Shown in pieces: positions 25,242 to 27,545 of a DNA stretch of 27,545 nucleotides (position 1 is the first letter of the stretch; each line of letters begins with the position of its first letter). A model generated the notes under the pieces. The model saw nothing but the letters and a program-made list of their open reading frames with translations. It was not told the origin of the DNA and ran no database searches. A program made the translations under genes and the position numbers. The stretch spans positions 1 through 27,545 of IMG/VR virus record IMGVR_UViG_3300005611_000165. One strand, 5' to 3'. The stretch is from a virus (Duplodnaviria; Caudoviricetes).

Positions 25242-26177
25242 ATGGGCAAAGCAGCTTGCAACGACGAAGAATTTATCAGTTTGTTTACACAGTTTGGTGC
25301 AGCACAGACCGCAAAAACATTAGGTGTTGCAGACCGTAACGTGCAGCAAAGACGGCGGCGCCTTGAAAAGAAATATGACCGTCCGATTTACGCTCCGACA
25401 AAAGTGCCGACAGATCATCATCCTGACCGGCAGACCATGACGGTTGAGAACGGCGTTGTGCTGGTAGGCAGTGACGCACACTACTGGCCGGACATCATCT
25501 CGACAGCGCACAGGGCTTTCGTAATGGCGTGCGGTATGCTCAAGCCAAAGATTGTTGTCATGAACGGCGACGCATTTGACGGGGCTAGTATTAGCCGACA
25601 CGCGGCGATAGGCTGGGAAGATAACCCAACAGTGGAGGAGGAAATTAATGCGTGCACGGAAAGGCTTGGGGAAATACAGGCAGCGGCTAAGGGCGCATCT
25701 CTGGTCTGGACTCTGGGCAACCATGACGCTCGTTTTGAATCACGTCTTGCGACAATGGCACCTGAGTTTGCTGGTGTTGCAGGAATGCATCTTAAGGACA
25801 GCTTTCCAGATTGGATACCTTGCTGGTCACTTTGGATTAATGACGAGGTGGTTATCAAGCACCGCTGGAAAGGCGGCACCCATGCTACGCACAACAACGC
25901 AAGCCAGTCAGGTAAGACAATGGTCACGGGTCATCTGCATTCGCTTAAAGTAACGCCGTATTCAGATTACAATGGAACCCGCTATGGCGTCGACACTGGC
26001 ACGATGGCGCACCCTTGGGGGCCACAGTTCAGAGGCTATATGGAAGACAACCCGCGCAACTGGCGGTCAGGCTTTGCTGCGCTGACATTTGTTGATGGTC
26101 GGCTGATGTGGCCGGAAGTTTTTCACGTCATCGACGAAGGCATGGTAGAGTTTCGCGGACAGATTTATGAGGTTTAG
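25242..26177 (+). CDS. Calcineurin-like metallophosphoesterase with an N-terminal HTH-like segment
   Basis: Metal-binding motifs SDAH, NGDAFD, GNHD, H and GHLH. SD AGGAG. Confidence 0.88.
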   Translation: MGKAACNDEEFISLFTQFGAAQTAKTLGVADRNVQQRRRRLEKKYDRPIYAPTKVPTDHHPDRQTMTVENGVVLVGSDAHYWPDIISTAHRAFVMACGMLKPKIVVMNGDAFDGASISRHAAIGWEDNPTVEEEINACTERLGEIQAAAKGASLVWTLGNHDARFESRLATMAPEFAGVAGMHLKDSFPDWIPCWSLWINDEVVIKHRWKGGTHATHNNASQSGKTMVTGHLHSLKVTPYSDYNGTRYGVDTGTMAHPWGPQFRGYMEDNPRNWRSGFAALTFVDGRLMWPEVFHVIDEGMVEFRGQIYEV

Positions 26178-26179
26178 AT

Positions 26180-26626
26180 ATGCTCAGTTTACTCGGCTCC
26201 CTGCTAGGTTTCGGCACGTCCTTCCTACCAAAGGTGATGGATTATTTTCAGGACAAACAGGACAAGAAGCACGAGTTAGCTTTGATGGACAAGCAACTGG
26301 AACAGCAAATCCAGATCGGCAACCAGAAGCTAGACATGGTGCACGTTGAGGCTGACATTCGCGAGACGGAGGCGCTGCTTAAAAGTCAGTCGTCTTTAAA
26401 CAGACAATCGTCGCAGTGGATCACCGACCTGGCTGCATCAGTGCGACCCTTCATCACATATCTTTTGTTCATTGAGTTCATGGTGCTGACATTTCTGCTG
26501 GCGTTCGGCTACATTGACAATGAAATGTATGCGCTGATTTGGTCAGACGAAATCATGGCAATGTGGGCGGCAGTCATTTCATTTTGGTTTGGATCACGCA
26601 GCTTTAATCGCAAGAGGCAGACGTGA
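26180..26626 (+). CDS. Holin-like membrane protein (3TM holin family type)
   Basis: MLSLLGSLLGFGTSFLP...QDKKHEL...SVRP.ITY...VISFWFGSR. Directly precedes the lysozyme gene. Confidence 0.75.
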   Translation: MLSLLGSLLGFGTSFLPKVMDYFQDKQDKKHELALMDKQLEQQIQIGNQKLDMVHVEADIRETEALLKSQSSLNRQSSQWITDLAASVRPFITYLLFIEFMVLTFLLAFGYIDNEMYALIWSDEIMAMWAAVISFWFGSRSFNRKRQT

Positions 26627-27069
26627 GGACAGGACATGCTGGCATTGAGATCATCAAGAAATACGAAGGCTTCTCTGCCGACCCGTATCTTTGTCCTGCT
26701 GGTGTGCCTACCATTGGCTATGGTAGCACTCGCAACCTTTCTGGCAATAGGATTACTATGGACGACGAGCCTGTTAGCAGAGACATTGCTGAACAGCTTG
26801 TTCAGATGGAACTTCGTCATGTGGACGCGGCTATTTCCAAGCTGATTAAGGTTCCGTTAACGCAAAACCAATTCGATGCGCTTGCGTCCTTCACGTTCAA
26901 CCTTGGCTCAGGTCGCTTGCAATCCTCGACACTACGCGCGAAGGTGAACAGGCTGGACTATGACGGTGCGGCTGATGAGTTTCCAAAGTGGCGAAGGGCT
27001 GCTGGGAAAATTTTGCCGGGCCTTGTGCGACGCAGGGCAGAGGAGCGCCAACTATGGCTGACAACGTAA
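26623..27069 (+). CDS. Endolysin, GH24 phage lysozyme
   Basis: IKKYEG....PY.CPAGVPTIGYGST, LTQNQFDALASFTFNLG and LPGLVRRRAEER. GTG start overlaps the holin stop. Confidence 0.93.
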   Translation: MRTGHAGIEIIKKYEGFSADPYLCPAGVPTIGYGSTRNLSGNRITMDDEPVSRDIAEQLVQMELRHVDAAISKLIKVPLTQNQFDALASFTFNLGSGRLQSSTLRAKVNRLDYDGAADEFPKWRRAAGKILPGLVRRRAEERQLWLTT

Positions 27070-27275
27070 TAAAATTTCCCGGCGACCTTGATCCTAATGA
27101 GGTTCTTGAGCACAGCAAAAATCAGTTTTCAGAACTGCTTATTGTGGGCTGGGATACTGACGGCGCACTCGTAGTCAAGGGCACCGTCAGCGTTCCAGAA
27201 GCCGTGTTGCTGTTGGAGTTAGGCAAATCAACCTTCATCCAAGAAATTTTTGGTGAAGATTATTCTGTGCATTAA
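27054..27275 (+). CDS. Small acidic hypothetical phage protein
   Basis: MADNVIKFP...VLE......LLIVGWD.DG.L....A.LLLE..K. SD GAGGAG before ATG 27054. Confidence 0.65.
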   Translation: MADNVIKFPGDLDPNEVLEHSKNQFSELLIVGWDTDGALVVKGTVSVPEAVLLLELGKSTFIQEIFGEDYSVH

Positions 27276-27462
27276 TGATGCTTATGTAGATTTTAATGCA
27301 CTCCGCCGTTTCAACGCACTCGTTTGTTTTCTCCACAGCCAGCAGTCCAACCTGCTCACCATCCGTCGAATCAAGTTCATTAAATTCATAACGTCTACTC
27401 CAAAATCGTGACAAGGCAAGCATTGCAGTTTGAGCCTCGCTTCGGTTCAACTCAAAATCCAT
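27235..27462 (-). CDS. Hypothetical protein (convergent strand)
   Basis: MDFELNRSEAQ...; ATG at 27462 overlaps the end of an upstream - strand ORF. The 3' end overlaps the + strand ORF by 41 nt. Confidence 0.45.
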   Translation of the reverse strand: MDFELNRSEAQTAMLALSRFWSRRYEFNELDSTDGEQVGLLAVEKTNECVETAECIKIYISIINAQNNLHQKFLG

Positions 27463-27545
27463 TTCCAGACGGCAATCACCTTGCCGACCTCCCACAGCAG
27501 AGTGCCAATAATTACCGCTATCAAAAGCAATAAGACACCAATGTT
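27447..27545 (-). CDS. C-terminal part of a small membrane protein truncated by the window edge
   Basis: The frame reads NIGVLLLLIAVIIGTLLWEVGKVIAVWKWILS-stop, which is strongly hydrophobic. Confidence 0.4.
   Translation of the reverse strand, partial: NIGVLLLLIAVIIGTLLWEVGKVIAVWKWILS

Noticed and set aside
1-27545. Alternative genetic code, introns/inteins or tRNAs
   Set aside because: Core genes are full-length and uninterrupted in the standard code, all three stop codons are used, and no cloverleaf is apparent in the short intergenic gaps.

Overview
A gene-dense stretch of a tailed dsDNA bacteriophage (or prophage) with a podovirus (short-tail, T7-superfamily-type) virion module. Almost all genes are on the + strand. 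Order: DUF6378-like protein, small and large terminase, then a replication block (ribbon-helix-helix protein, Hjc-like resolvase, SSB-like protein, TOPRIM/AAA primase-helicase). Next come a GNAT-fold protein and six small translationally coupled ORFs, portal, Bbp19-like protein, scaffold, major capsid and decoration protein, and a DUF115/Maf-like ORF. These are followed by tail tubular A and B, four putative ejection proteins, a tail fibre with its chaperone, and a lysis region (several membrane proteins, a metallophosphoesterase, a holin, a GH24 lysozyme). Convergent - strand genes start at the right edge. No DNA or RNA polymerase, integrase, tRNA or CRISPR array is visible. An alphaproteobacterial host is inferred, not shown. 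The most interesting signals are non-coding. (1) An apparent ~60-nt antisense small RNA (5731-5795, - strand) has a perfect TATAAT, an exposed anti-Shine-Dalgarno seed resembling the suhB/MmgR family, and its own terminator; the seed is complementary to the RBS at the head of the terminase operon. (2) A structured capsid-leader RNA (10285-10374) carries two copies of the same asymmetric internal loop. Also notable are a GNAT gene coupled to two paralogous MGGxFS virion-type proteins and a Maf/GT42-like enzyme inside the head-tail module. All protein calls are from motif recognition by eye; no searches were run.
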